From the NCBI GenBank assembly GCA_043804635.1, contig JAZDIU010000079.1, positions 1,125-65,124 on the forward strand: 64,000 bases of DNA, in the 5' to 3' direction. Positions 25,155-35,165 of this stretch are shown here, one piece after another. Under the pieces are notes generated by a model. It was given only the letters and a program-made list of their open reading frames with translations, had not been told where the DNA came from and searched no databases. The position numbers were made by a program, and so were the translations under genes. Position 1 is the stretch's first letter. Each line of letters opens with the position of its first letter. Source of the DNA: Chloroflexota bacterium. GTDB lineage: Bacteria > Chloroflexota > Dehalococcoidia > Dehalococcoidales > UBA2162.

Positions 25155-26288
25155 TTATGGAAATAAGCTATTCAAGCTTATTTCCATCTCCGACTTGCTG
25201 GCAAATTCACCGACCATCTTTTCCCGAATAATGCCGTTTTTATCAATCAGAAAATTTGTCGGCGTGGCTGTAATGTCATACTGCTTTCTGACCTGTCCAT
25301 CGACATCCAATAGGACCGGGAAGGAGTAGTTATTGGCATTCATAAAATTAGTTAAATTAAGAGCGGTTTCATTGTTACCGACGCCAATCAAATCAACGGT
25401 AAGGACTACCAAACCCTTTTCCCGCCAAGTATCGTATGCTTCCTGTATCAGAGGCCTTTCCGCCCGGCAATGGGGACACCAGGTGACCCAGAAATTGAGT
25501 AATATCGGTTTGCCCCGAAAGCTGCTTAGAGAAACCGTTTCGCCCGCCAGGTTTTTTAGCTGAAAATCGGGCGCCGAATCACCTACATTAATACCTGTAG
25601 TAGCATTTGAGGAGATAGGGGTATGAGCACCGACCAAAGTGTCAAGTGCCTTAAGAGCACTATCGTAATCCGGAGGATTGGTAATTTCTTTGACATATTC
25701 TAAATATTTGATAGTATCGTCTTTGCCGACAATGAAAATAGCCCGGGTATCCAAACGATACTCTTTGATAAGGACGCCATAAGCTATACCGAAAGAAGCG
25801 TCACGGTAATCGGAGAGGACATTTGACTGGCTGATATTCCGGGCGCCACAATACCGTGCTTGAGCAAAAGGCAGGTCCATACTTACCGTGTAGAAGACGA
25901 CATCTTTATACTGGTTTGCCTCCTGCTCGAATTTTTGCGTCTGAAGGTCGCAGACGGGCGTATCCAGAGAAGGCACGACACTGATGAACCTGACTTTGTT
26001 CGGGCTATCCGATAGTTTTACCTCTTTAGCTTCAGGCATCGAATCGACCAGTTCAACAGGGGCTACTAGCTTGAAGTCCGGAGCTTTTTGCCCGACTTTA
26101 AGCTCGGGACCCACCAGAGTTACCGCTTTTCCCTTGAGAGTCACTGCACCTTGCCTCTCGATTACCTGATTGGTATTAGTACTAGAAACACAAGAAGTCA
26201 TAAGAGAAATGAGCAGGGTGGCGACTATTACTATTACGGCATTCCTATTGGCTAAAGCTCTTTGCGGAATTGAAATAAACTTATGCAT
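25155..26288 (-). CDS. Exported fusion protein: thiol peroxidase (Tpx) domain plus TlpA/ResA-like thioredoxin-fold domain
   Basis: Signal/lipobox LMTSC. Tpx motifs SVVPSLDTPVCDLQTQKF and FAQARYCGA. C-terminal NFWVTWCPHCRAERP (CXXC). Confidence 0.8.
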   Translation of the reverse strand: MHKFISIPQRALANRNAVIVIVATLLISLMTSCVSSTNTNQVIERQGAVTLKGKAVTLVGPELKVGQKAPDFKLVAPVELVDSMPEAKEVKLSDSPNKVRFISVVPSLDTPVCDLQTQKFEQEANQYKDVVFYTVSMDLPFAQARYCGARNISQSNVLSDYRDASFGIAYGVLIKEYRLDTRAIFIVGKDDTIKYLEYVKEITNPPDYDSALKALDTLVGAHTPISSNATTGINVGDSAPDFQLKNLAGETVSLSSFRGKPILLNFWVTWCPHCRAERPLIQEAYDTWREKGLVVLTVDLIGVGNNETALNLTNFMNANNYSFPVLLDVDGQVRKQYDITATPTNFLIDKNGIIREKMVGEFASKSEMEISLNSLFP

Positions 26289-26399
26289 ATTATCTATCTT
26301 ACAGGCTAACGTGTGAAAAAGTTATAAAGTAAAGAGGAAAAAGGTTACAAAATCGTAACATTTTGGAAAACTTTAGCTTCCGAAACTCAGAGAACGTGC

Positions 26400-27023
26400 T
26401 TGCAACAAACAGGCTATAATGTTAGTATAGAAAATGTGATAGAAGAACTGAAAACCGCCTTGGCTAAGCGGCAAAAACGGCACATCATCGATTCCAGCCG
26501 CCTATCAGCAGCAGTGGTGGTTCCGATTTTCCGTAAAGATAATGAATGTTATCTGTTATTCACCGAGAGGACCGATACCGTAAAGAACCATAAGGGCCAG
26601 ATTTCTTTCCCCGGTGGAGCTTGTGAGGCAAAAGATGGAACGCCGGTAAACACTGCTCTGAGGGAATGTGCGGAGGAAGTCGGCCTAACAGGTGGGTCGG
26701 TTGAAATTCTGGGCGAACTGGACGATGAAATCACCGTGACTTCGAGCTTTGTAATTACACCCTTTGTTGCTTTTGTATCTTCGCCGGATGAGATAAAGGT
26801 CGACCCCCGTGAGGTCAAGGAAACGATTGAAATTCCAGTCTCGGCACTCCAGGATAAAGACTCCTGGCGTGAAGAGACGAAGATTATGGATGGGCAGTCC
26901 GTCACCACATACTTCTATAACTACCAAGGGAAGGTAATCTGGGGAGCCACTGCACGCATATTAAACAAGTTTCTTGATGTTTTTAATCAGGTCGCCGATA
27001 AGATTAAATGTTGTAATGGCTAG
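26400..27023 (+). CDS. NUDIX hydrolase (CoA pyrophosphatase-like)
   Basis: Nudix box GGACEAKDGTPVNTALRECAEEVGL. The start codon is uncertain: TTG at 26400 in the track, with an in-frame GTG about 36 nt later. Confidence 0.75.
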   Translation: MQQTGYNVSIENVIEELKTALAKRQKRHIIDSSRLSAAVVVPIFRKDNECYLLFTERTDTVKNHKGQISFPGGACEAKDGTPVNTALRECAEEVGLTGGSVEILGELDDEITVTSSFVITPFVAFVSSPDEIKVDPREVKETIEIPVSALQDKDSWREETKIMDGQSVTTYFYNYQGKVIWGATARILNKFLDVFNQVADKIKCCNG

Positions 27024-27663
27024 AGAAATTGAGGTAAAAGAGACACTAGAAACAAAACCGAGGTTGAGGAAACGAGATATTTCCCGGTTTCTACTTGCCG
27101 CAATCCTCGTTGTTGCCGTTTCTCTTGCGGTTATTTACTACGGGGACAACTTGATGAGTATGACGCTTGTTGCCCGTTATAGTCTGATTGGTATGCTCGC
27201 TGTTGCTTTTCTCGCTGGCAGCACTTTAAGCTTTATCCCGGTGGCAGTTCCCTACTGGCTACTCCTGTTTACCCTGCCTGGTGTTCTGGCTGGCCAATGG
27301 GGAATATTAGCCCCGGTGAGTGTCGGCTTAGCTTCAGCTCTGGGCTGTGCTTTAGGTCACTTACCGACTTTTATGCTGGGATACAGCGGAACCGGGCTTT
27401 CGCGAAAGGTGACTACAAGTAAGATTCCGGTCTTTAATAAAGCAATGGAATGGGCGAATAAACGCGGTGCCTGGGCTGTGTTTGTGATGTCAGCCATACC
27501 TAACCCGGCTCATCTACCAGTAACTATGGCTATCGGCGCACTCCGCTATTCACCCACTAAATTTTTTATTTTTTCTTTACTTGGTAATACGGTCAAGAGC
27601 CTTACATTAGCCTTTTGTGGTTACTTTGGAATAACTTCCTTGTTCCGCTTTCTGGGAATGTAA
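27016..27663 (+). CDS. VTT/DedA-family membrane protein
   Basis: The track ORF is trimmed to ATG 27016 (MAREIEVKE...), overlapping the NUDIX stop by 8 nt. Multiple TM segments; ...SAIPNPAHLPVTMAIGALRYSPTKFF... resembles the VTT domain. Confidence 0.6.
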   Translation: MAREIEVKETLETKPRLRKRDISRFLLAAILVVAVSLAVIYYGDNLMSMTLVARYSLIGMLAVAFLAGSTLSFIPVAVPYWLLLFTLPGVLAGQWGILAPVSVGLASALGCALGHLPTFMLGYSGTGLSRKVTTSKIPVFNKAMEWANKRGAWAVFVMSAIPNPAHLPVTMAIGALRYSPTKFFIFSLLGNTVKSLTLAFCGYFGITSLFRFLGM

Positions 27664-27675
27664 AGGAGCGTAATA

Positions 27676-28224
27676 ATGCATCCCGCCTGGTTTTTTATTT
27701 TAGGAGTATGTTTAAGTATCGGCGGCTGGCAGATAGCTGTCTGGCTTCGCGAGACTAATGATAAGAATAAGAAATATCGTGATGCTAAAGCTTTTGCCCG
27801 TGCGAAAGGTAAACCTTTACTTATCGCCGGCGGACCCTATGGAGCCAGACGGATGCGCCACTGGTTGAATAAGCCGGCACATGGGGGTGGCGATGTCTGT
27901 CTCGATATTGTCCGCGACGCCCTTGGCGACCATCCCAACGGAGTAGTTGCCAGTGTTACTCACATTCCTTTTGGTAACAAAACGTTCGGGGCGGCCTTTG
28001 CCAGCCATTTATTAGAACATCTGCCCAGTACCGGCGATGCCAAGAAGGCACTGGATGAACTAAATAGAGTGGCGGATACGGTTTTTGTTGCTTATCCTTT
28101 CAGGCAGTCGATTTCCGGCTGGATTACGCCGGGTCACCATCTTTGGGTGTGGCAGAAGGGTAAAGACTTCTATCTAAAACAGAGAGGTAAGCCGGAGATA
28201 TGCCGCGTGAGTCACACCCAATGA
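27676..28224 (+). CDS. Class I SAM-dependent methyltransferase-like protein with an N-terminal TM helix
   Basis: The N-terminal hydrophobic helix plus ...IPFGNKTFGAAFASHLLEHL... are typical of the Methyltransf_11 post-I/II region. Confidence 0.55.
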   Translation: MHPAWFFILGVCLSIGGWQIAVWLRETNDKNKKYRDAKAFARAKGKPLLIAGGPYGARRMRHWLNKPAHGGGDVCLDIVRDALGDHPNGVVASVTHIPFGNKTFGAAFASHLLEHLPSTGDAKKALDELNRVADTVFVAYPFRQSISGWITPGHHLWVWQKGKDFYLKQRGKPEICRVSHTQ

Positions 28225-28245
28225 CGATTTGGAGGTGAGGTTATT

Positions 28246-30714
28246 ATGATGAGACCTGAAAAGTTTACCGAACAGGCACAAGAGGCACTGGCTATGTCTC
28301 AAGAAATAGTGCGCCAGTACCGCCACAGCCAATGGGATGTGGAGCATATCTTACTGGCTCTGCTCCAGCAAGAAAAAGGTCTGGTCAGCGATATTTTAAA
28401 AGAACTGGGCAGCGAGGTGGAGTCGGTAAGACAGCAGGTGAGAGCGGCACTCGAGAGAAGTCCGAAACTTGCTTACGAAACGCCCCAGATTTATGCTACT
28501 CCACGGGTCGCGCAGGTCTTACAAGCAGCAGCGGCCGAGGCTGACAGGCTAAAAGATGAATTTACGGGCACAGAACATCTGCTGATTGCCATTACGAGCG
28601 AGGGGAAAGGTGAGGCGTCGGCGATTCTAAAACGATTCGATATCAATCAGGAAAAAGTATTCCAGGCTTTGCAGAAGCTTCGCGGCGGACACCGGGTGAC
28701 TGATGCCCGGGCTGAAAGCAAATACCGCTCGCTGGAAAAATACGGACGCGATTTCACCGAAATGGCGCGCCAAGGAAAGCTCGACCCTGTAATCGGACGT
28801 GAAGAGGAAATCAAACGGGTAATACAGATACTTACCCGGCGTACTAAAAATAATCCGGTTATCGTCGGAGAATCCGGAGTAGGCAAGACTGCTATTGCCG
28901 AGGGACTAGCTCAGAAGATTGCGGCTGATGACGTGCCCGATTCACTAAAAGGGCGTCGGGTCATTGCTCTGGATATGGGTGCCTTGGTGGCCGGAAGTAA
29001 GTTCAGAGGCGAGTTCGAGGAACGACTCAAAGCAGTAATGGACGAGGTCCGTCAGGCAAAGGGTGAAGTGATATTGTTCATCGACGAGATTCATACCCTG
29101 GTTGGCGCCGGTGCCGCTGAAGGAGCTATCGATGCTAGTAATATGCTCAAGCCAGCTTTAGCCCACGGTGAAATGCAGTGCGTTGGCGCGACTACATTAG
29201 ACGAATACCGCAAATTCATTGAGAAAGATAAAGCCCTGGAGCGGCGTTTACAGCCCGTATTTGTCACGGAGCCTACGGTTGAGGCAACTATCGAGATGCT
29301 TAAAGGTCTTCGCCCCAGGTACGAAGCACACCACAAGATTAAGATTAGTGACGAAGCTCTCGAAGCGGCGGCTAAACTATCCCAGCGCTATATTTCGGAC
29401 AGGCACTTGCCCGATAAGGCAATCGACCTGATTGACGAGGCCGCCAGCCGTTTGCGTCTTGAGACAGAAAGCGCCCCGCCGGAGGTCAAGTCTTTAGAGC
29501 AGCGTCTCAAACAACTAACAGACGAGGAAGAAGCCGTTTCACAGCGGCAAGATTATAAGGAAGTAGCCCGGCTAAAGACGGAAAGGGCACGACTGGAACA
29601 GGAATACAATAAAGCTAAGAGCGAATGGCATGAGCGAGAGAAAATTTCTAATATAGTCGATGAAGAAGCCATCGCTGAGCTTATTTCTAAGTGGACGGGG
29701 ATTCCGGTTTCCCAGATGCTCGAGGGTGAGGCTCAAAAGCTGGTCGATATGGAAGAGCGAATCCACGAGAGACTGATTAACCAGGAAGAAGCAGTTAAAG
29801 CGATATCTGAAGCTATCCGCAGAGGTCGTGCTGGTCTTAAAGACCCGAGACGGCCTATCGGAAGTTTTATGTTCCTGGGTCCGACCGGCGTCGGTAAGAC
29901 CGAGCTTGCCCGCACTCTCGCATGGTTCCTGTTTAACGACGAAAATGCAATGGTGCGTCTGGATATGTCCGAATACCAGGAGCGGCATACCGTATCCCGC
30001 TTGGTCGGTGCTCCGCCGGGCTATATCGGCTTTGAAGAAGGTGGGCAGCTTACCGAAGCAGTGAGGCGCCGCCCATACCGAGTGATATTACTCGACGAGA
30101 TTGAAAAGGCTCACCCGGACGTCTTTAATATGCTGCTCCAAATTCTAGACGACGGACGGTTGACCGACGGACACGGCAGAACGGTTGACTTTAAGAATAC
30201 TATAGTTATTATGACCAGTAATGCCGGCGTAGAACTTATCCGGCGTGAGACGCGGATGGGTTTTGCTCCAGCCAAGGACGAAGCCAAAGCTCAGAAGGGA
30301 AGATACGAAGAACTGAGAGATAAAGTAATGGCTGAAGTGAGGAAGTCATTCCGTCCTGAGTTTCTGAACCGGCTGGACGATATCATCGTTTTCCATGAGC
30401 TGACCGAGCCTCAACTAAGGCAGATTGTCGACCTTATAGTTAACGACGTGGAGAAGCGTCTGGCTGAGCTAAAACTGAAACTCAAAGTAACCGAAGCGGC
30501 TAAATCATGGCTCGCTAAAACAGGTTTCGACCCGGTATACGGAGCGAGACCACTGCGGCGGGCAGTCGAACGTTATATAGAAAATCCGCTATCGACCAGC
30601 GTTCTGCGTGGTGAATACAAGGAAGGCGACACTATAACCGTCGACCTGGCTCAAGATACTTTGACGTTCTCGGTAAAAGCACAGGGGAAGCGCAAAAATC
30701 CTTCATCGAGTTAA
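28246..30714 (+). CDS. Second ClpC/ClpB-family AAA+ unfoldase (short middle domain and MGF tripeptide, therefore ClpC-like rather than ClpB)
   Basis: 822 aa. Walker A GESGVGKT and GPTGVGKT, a middle domain of only about 65 aa, [10 protein letters not shown] loop, and a canonical C-terminus with no insertion. Confidence 0.85.
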   Translation: MMRPEKFTEQAQEALAMSQEIVRQYRHSQWDVEHILLALLQQEKGLVSDILKELGSEVESVRQQVRAALERSPKLAYETPQIYATPRVAQVLQAAAAEADRLKDEFTGTEHLLIAITSEGKGEASAILKRFDINQEKVFQALQKLRGGHRVTDARAESKYRSLEKYGRDFTEMARQGKLDPVIGREEEIKRVIQILTRRTKNNPVIVGESGVGKTAIAEGLAQKIAADDVPDSLKGRRVIALDMGALVAGSKFRGEFEERLKAVMDEVRQAKGEVILFIDEIHTLVGAGAAEGAIDASNMLKPALAHGEMQCVGATTLDEYRKFIEKDKALERRLQPVFVTEPTVEATIEMLKGLRPRYEAHHKIKISDEALEAAAKLSQRYISDRHLPDKAIDLIDEAASRLRLETESAPPEVKSLEQRLKQLTDEEEAVSQRQDYKEVARLKTERARLEQEYNKAKSEWHEREKISNIVDEEAIAELISKWTGIPVSQMLEGEAQKLVDMEERIHERLINQEEAVKAISEAIRRGRAGLKDPRRPIGSFMFLGPTGVGKTELARTLAWFLFNDENAMVRLDMSEYQERHTVSRLVGAPPGYIGFEEGGQLTEAVRRRPYRVILLDEIEKAHPDVFNMLLQILDDGRLTDGHGRTVDFKNTIVIMTSNAGVELIRRETRMGFAPAKDEAKAQKGRYEELRDKVMAEVRKSFRPEFLNRLDDIIVFHELTEPQLRQIVDLIVNDVEKRLAELKLKLKVTEAAKSWLAKTGFDPVYGARPLRRAVERYIENPLSTSVLRGEYKEGDTITVDLAQDTLTFSVKAQGKRKNPSSS

Positions 30715-30729
30715 GATAAACTACATTTA

Positions 30730-31806
30730 CTACCGGCTTTTGTTGAAAAGGACCGACACAATATCGCCGTCCTGGACTTCGTACTCGCGTCCTTCGATAT
30801 GCTGTTTGCCTGCCTTCGCCACTGCTGCTTCGCTGCCTAATTCTATCAAGTCGCTGTAGTGAAAAACTTCCATCCGTATAAAGCCGCTTTCCATATCCGT
30901 GTGGATTCTACCCGCCGCCACCGGAGCTTTGTCTCCCCGATGACATGTCCAGGCGCGCACTTCATCTTCGCCGACCGTAAAGAAGTTAATCAATCCGAGC
31001 TTACGGTAAGCGGCTTGTAATAACTGTTCCATTGCCGATTTCTCGATACCGAGTTCTTTAAGAAATATAGTCCGCTCAGCCGGTTCGAGTTCACTGATAT
31101 CGGCTTCATCTTTACCGCAGACAGTAAGCATCTCAGCACCCTCACCGGATACCACCTGTTTCAATGTCTGGACAGGCTTAATATCGGCGTCTGCTATAGT
31201 TTTGATATTAGCGATATAGAGTACCGGCTTCAGCGATACCAGATTACACTCGCGTAAGCTGGCAAGCTCCAGAGCGGCCAGGTTTTGTTTACGTACAGGT
31301 ATGCCCTGCTGGATACCACCAAGCACTTTCTCACAGTGCTCAGCTTCGCGAATAGCGTCTTTATCTCCACCACGTACCTTCTTCGCCAGACGATTGAGCT
31401 TGTTCTCCAGTGTCGCGCTGTCGGCGGTAACCAGCTCAAGATCTACTGTCTCTATATCCCGCACCGGATCCAGTGCAACATCATCAAGCGGGATTTCTTC
31501 GTCTGAAAAACAGCGCACTACATGAAGTAAGGTATCTGCATCTTTAATATTACCCAACAGGCGAAAGCGTCGGCCGTTATCTTCGGCTCTAATACCTGGG
31601 ATATCTACGACTTCCAGTGTGGCTGGTACTACCTTTTGCGGATGGTACATCTGTGCCAACCGCTCCAGCCGTTCGTCAGGCAAGTTAACGATTACACGAT
31701 TCATTTCAGAACCGTTATACATCGGTACCTTTGCCGCAGTAATCGCATTAAAAATGACCGTCTTCCCGCAGGAAGGCAGTCCGATTAGTCCGCAACGTAA
31801 ACCCAT
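30730..31806 (-). CDS. ychF: Redox-regulated ribosome-binding ATPase YchF
   Basis: 358 aa. G1 GLIGLPSCGKT, a coiled-coil insertion, and the C-terminal TGS-like motif ...GFIRMEV... Confidence 0.9.
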   Translation of the reverse strand: MGLRCGLIGLPSCGKTVIFNAITAAKVPMYNGSEMNRVIVNLPDERLERLAQMYHPQKVVPATLEVVDIPGIRAEDNGRRFRLLGNIKDADTLLHVVRCFSDEEIPLDDVALDPVRDIETVDLELVTADSATLENKLNRLAKKVRGGDKDAIREAEHCEKVLGGIQQGIPVRKQNLAALELASLRECNLVSLKPVLYIANIKTIADADIKPVQTLKQVVSGEGAEMLTVCGKDEADISELEPAERTIFLKELGIEKSAMEQLLQAAYRKLGLINFFTVGEDEVRAWTCHRGDKAPVAAGRIHTDMESGFIRMEVFHYSDLIELGSEAAVAKAGKQHIEGREYEVQDGDIVSVLFNKSR

Positions 31807-32007
31807 ATTCTGATATCCTTTCTGTCAAAAAGCGCACATCAGCGTGCTTTCAGCAATTCACCGAGGGAAATATTCCAGAGAAGCAACGGTTCTGGTAAGA
31901 ATCCCGGTATTATGAAGAGCTGTGTTACTTACGCCAAGTGTAGCTATTGATAAGATTATATACTACTAGCAGCATTAATAACAAACCTGGTTTACTGCAG
32001 AGATATT

Positions 32008-32520
32008 CTATACAAATTCTCTGAACTCAGCCCGAAACTTCACTGTTCCCCGCCTGCCGGTTAAGGCATCTTTGCGGAGTTCCAAAACCATCCAGGGTTC
32101 ATCAGGCACTTCAAACTCGCATTCCAGACCCAGCGGTTTAGCAGGAACAAATCCGAATCGTGGGTAATAATTAGGATGGCCGACCAATACCACTATCTCA
32201 TACCCGAGATGCTGGCACTCTTTAAGCCCAGCTTTAACTAGTTTCGAGCCGATTCCCTTGTTTTGATGAGACGGAAGGACTGCTATCGGCGCTAGGGTAA
32301 CTGCCTTGAAACTAGAATCTTCATGTTCTATTGTTACTAGACTGAAGGCAATATGACCGACTATTTCGCCATCTAAGACAGCAACAAGCGAAATCGTTAA
32401 AGCGTCATTCATACGTAGCTTTTCAACAAGTTTGGCTTCAATTTCGCGTCCGAATGCCTGGGCGTTAACCTGACGAATAGCAATAATATCTTCGAGTGTT
32501 TCCGAACGTATTTTTAGCAA
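32008..32520 (-). CDS. GNAT family N-acetyltransferase
   Basis: 170 aa. Acetyl-CoA motif HQNKGIGSKLV. Confidence 0.8.
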   Translation of the reverse strand: MLKIRSETLEDIIAIRQVNAQAFGREIEAKLVEKLRMNDALTISLVAVLDGEIVGHIAFSLVTIEHEDSSFKAVTLAPIAVLPSHQNKGIGSKLVKAGLKECQHLGYEIVVLVGHPNYYPRFGFVPAKPLGLECEFEVPDEPWMVLELRKDALTGRRGTVKFRAEFREFV

Positions 32521-32646
32521 TAATTAACTCCTTGATTCATATTATGTTAGTGCTTGAGACAAGAAACGTCAACTTGACTCTTTTATCCTAACGATTGTAT
32601 ATTAGGGGTGTAAGCAATAGAACCTACGTATAGCGGCGGGGTAGAT

Positions 32647-34260
32647 ATGAGCGGGGGGTTGAAATTGGCCGGAAGTATCAGGGACGTTGTAAAAAGCTCT
32701 GAATTGTTCTGGAACCTGACTAACGAACAGGTAGACAAGCTTACAGCTATCGCCAAGGAAGAAACCTTTCCTGCCGGCCACCGCATCTTTACCGAAGGTG
32801 AAATAATCCCCAAGTTCTACATTGTCAGTAAGGGTAAAGTGAGCCTCGAAATGGAAATCCGTATAGGTTCCAGAACGAGGCGACAGGTAGTAATCGATGT
32901 TCTGGAACCCGGCAACTGCGTCGGCTGGTCGACAATCCTTAATCAGCCGGCATCGATGTCCAGTATAGTCCTCGAGCCTTCCCAATTACTCGTCTTCGAG
33001 GGCGAACAAATCCGCCGGCTTTGCAGCGAAGACGACGATATCGGCTACAAGGTAATGCAAGAGATAGTTAATCTAGTGTCCAAACGTCTGCTTATGGCCC
33101 GGCGCACACTGGCTCACGTCCTGTCTGTAACTTCCCACGACCTGAGAGCTCCATTAGCAACGGTACAAAGCTCCATTGATGTCGTAACGGGAGGTTTTGC
33201 CGGAGACGTAAACCAAAAGCAAAAAGACCTGCTATTAGGTAGTAAACAAAGAATCGTCGACTTGCTTAAAATGATTGATAATATCCTTGATATATCCTAC
33301 ATTGAAATTAAAGCGGCTGATTTTCATAAGGTGGACGTTAATCAGGTTATCGAAGCATCTTTGGGAGATGTGGCAGGACCGGCCCAACGCAGAGCCATCT
33401 CACTAATGAATAACGCTTCCAAACGATTACCGCCCGTTCTGGGAGCGGAAAAACGTTTACAGCAAGTACTTACTAATCTGCTTAGTAATGGTATAAAGTT
33501 CACGCCCAACGGGGGGTCGGTAACGGTTACCGCCCACGAGACCGGGGAAAGAATCCAGATAGACGTGACCGATACCGGTGTTGGAATTCCGGCGGAAGAC
33601 CAGCCAAAACTATTCAGTGATTTCTTCCGCGGGGGCAGGGTAGAAGCGGAAGGGGCCGGATTGGGGCTATCCATCGCTAAGAAGATCGTAGAAGGGCACG
33701 GCGGAACGATATGGGTGCAAAGTCCCGACCCTGAAACTAATATAGGTAGTAAATTCAGTTTTACTCTACCGAAGGTGCTGGAACCAGCGGTAGCCCAGGA
33801 AGAAAGCGGAAAGCGTTCACTAAGTGGGATCGATATACTGGTAGTAGATGACGACCCTGAGATGCGACAGATAACCTCACTAGTCCTGGAATCTCGTGGT
33901 TATCAGGTAAGGACTGCCCAAGACGGCGAAGATGCACTCGCAAAAATCGATGAAAAAGAGCCGGACCTCCTGGTCCTCGACTTATTGATGCCGAAGATGG
34001 ACGGCTTCGAAGTCTGCAAGCGAATCGATGAGAAAAAAGGTAAAGACGGACGGAAATTCCGCATTATTATTTTAAGCGCGGTTAGAGAAGAAAGCAGCCG
34101 CCGGCGTTACGAGTTGGAAACGGCGTCTGGTCTCGATGTCGACGATTATGTTATCAAACCAATCTCACCACCCGTGCTCCTGCAAAGGGTGGAAAAAGCA
34201 CTCCAGAAACAGCGGGCAGCCGGCGCTACGAGCTTAACCATCACCAAAGGAGGAAAGTAA
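32647..34260 (+). CDS. Soluble hybrid sensor histidine kinase: cNMP-binding (CAP-effector) domain, HisKA, HATPase_c, REC
   Basis: FPAGHRIFTEGEI...FYIVSKGKV (cNMP domain), H-box SHDLRAPL, N/G boxes LLSNGIKFT, DTGVGI, GAGLGLSI, and a C-terminal REC (ILVVDDDPE...LLVLDLLMPKMDG). No TM segments. Confidence 0.85.
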   Translation: MSGGLKLAGSIRDVVKSSELFWNLTNEQVDKLTAIAKEETFPAGHRIFTEGEIIPKFYIVSKGKVSLEMEIRIGSRTRRQVVIDVLEPGNCVGWSTILNQPASMSSIVLEPSQLLVFEGEQIRRLCSEDDDIGYKVMQEIVNLVSKRLLMARRTLAHVLSVTSHDLRAPLATVQSSIDVVTGGFAGDVNQKQKDLLLGSKQRIVDLLKMIDNILDISYIEIKAADFHKVDVNQVIEASLGDVAGPAQRRAISLMNNASKRLPPVLGAEKRLQQVLTNLLSNGIKFTPNGGSVTVTAHETGERIQIDVTDTGVGIPAEDQPKLFSDFFRGGRVEAEGAGLGLSIAKKIVEGHGGTIWVQSPDPETNIGSKFSFTLPKVLEPAVAQEESGKRSLSGIDILVVDDDPEMRQITSLVLESRGYQVRTAQDGEDALAKIDEKEPDLLVLDLLMPKMDGFEVCKRIDEKKGKDGRKFRIIILSAVREESSRRRYELETASGLDVDDYVIKPISPPVLLQRVEKALQKQRAAGATSLTITKGGK

Positions 34261-34652
34261 TGGCAAAACAGGCGAAAATCCTATTAGTTGATGACGACCC
34301 AGTATTTTTAGCAGCTACCAAGACGGTACTTGAAACCAAATATCAGGTCGTTACGGCTATGGACGGCGACGAAGGATTGAAAAAAGCGCGTAAGGAGAAA
34401 CCGTCTCTTATCTTACTTGACGTCATCATGCCGAATGAGGATGGGTTCAACGTATGCAAACAAATTAAACAGGATAAAGAGCTGGCTGATATACCGGTTA
34501 TTATGCTGACCAGTTTCGCCCAGCAAAGAGGCAAGACTAATATACCAGTCAGTGCTGGCCTGGAGCTTGAGGCTGAGGGATATATCGATAAGCCGGTAAG
34601 TCCCGAAGAGCTTTTGAAACAGGTCGGTGCCCAATTGAAAAAGCAAGCCTAG
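34260..34652 (+). CDS. Stand-alone receiver-domain response regulator
   Basis: 130 aa. ILLVDDDP...LILLDVIMPNEDG...K. Its start overlaps the kinase stop. Confidence 0.85.
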   Translation: MAKQAKILLVDDDPVFLAATKTVLETKYQVVTAMDGDEGLKKARKEKPSLILLDVIMPNEDGFNVCKQIKQDKELADIPVIMLTSFAQQRGKTNIPVSAGLELEAEGYIDKPVSPEELLKQVGAQLKKQA

Positions 34653-34696
34653 AAGCAAGCTGAATATTTCTGTAATTTATTAGGGATAATGGCGTT

Positions 34697-35140
34697 ATGG
34701 CACCCGATGAAACAAATGTCACCGTTAGACCACTAAAGAAAACGGACTTAGATGCTGTGCTTAACCTGTCGGGGAGGCTTATTACTCGAGAGGAGTTAGC
34801 CTCGCTGAACCCGGGGGAATCAGACAGTTTATGTTTTGTGGCGGAAGCGGAGGGGAAAGTCGTGGGTTTTAACTTAGCCCGCGAGCTTTATGTGGGGATT
34901 CCGCTTAGCAAGATTTGCGTGATTCAGGGCATCGTCGTTCACGATGACTACCGGCGGCTTGGCATCGGTGAAAAACTCGTCGAAGCTTTGCTGGGGCATT
35001 GCGTGAAGAACAATATCGAGGCCGTTCGGACATTGGTTGATGAAAGAGATACCCGCTTGCAACAATTTGTTGAATATCTTGGTTTCAAGCGCAGTATGGT
35101 AGCCAACTTCGATAAGACTATCGAAAGTAGATGGGAATAA
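34697..35140 (+). CDS. GNAT family N-acetyltransferase
   Basis: 147 aa. VHDDYRRLGIGEKLV acetyl-CoA motif. Confidence 0.75.
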   Translation: MAPDETNVTVRPLKKTDLDAVLNLSGRLITREELASLNPGESDSLCFVAEAEGKVVGFNLARELYVGIPLSKICVIQGIVVHDDYRRLGIGEKLVEALLGHCVKNNIEAVRTLVDERDTRLQQFVEYLGFKRSMVANFDKTIESRWE

Positions 35141-35165
35141 GAGGCAAAAACTCCAGGAGGGGAAG

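Noticed and set aside
28246-30714. Calling the second Clp ATPase ClpB
   Set aside because: The middle domain is only about 65 aa, whereas ClpB has a long coiled-coil. A ClpP-docking-type MGF tripeptide is also present, so it is ClpC-like.
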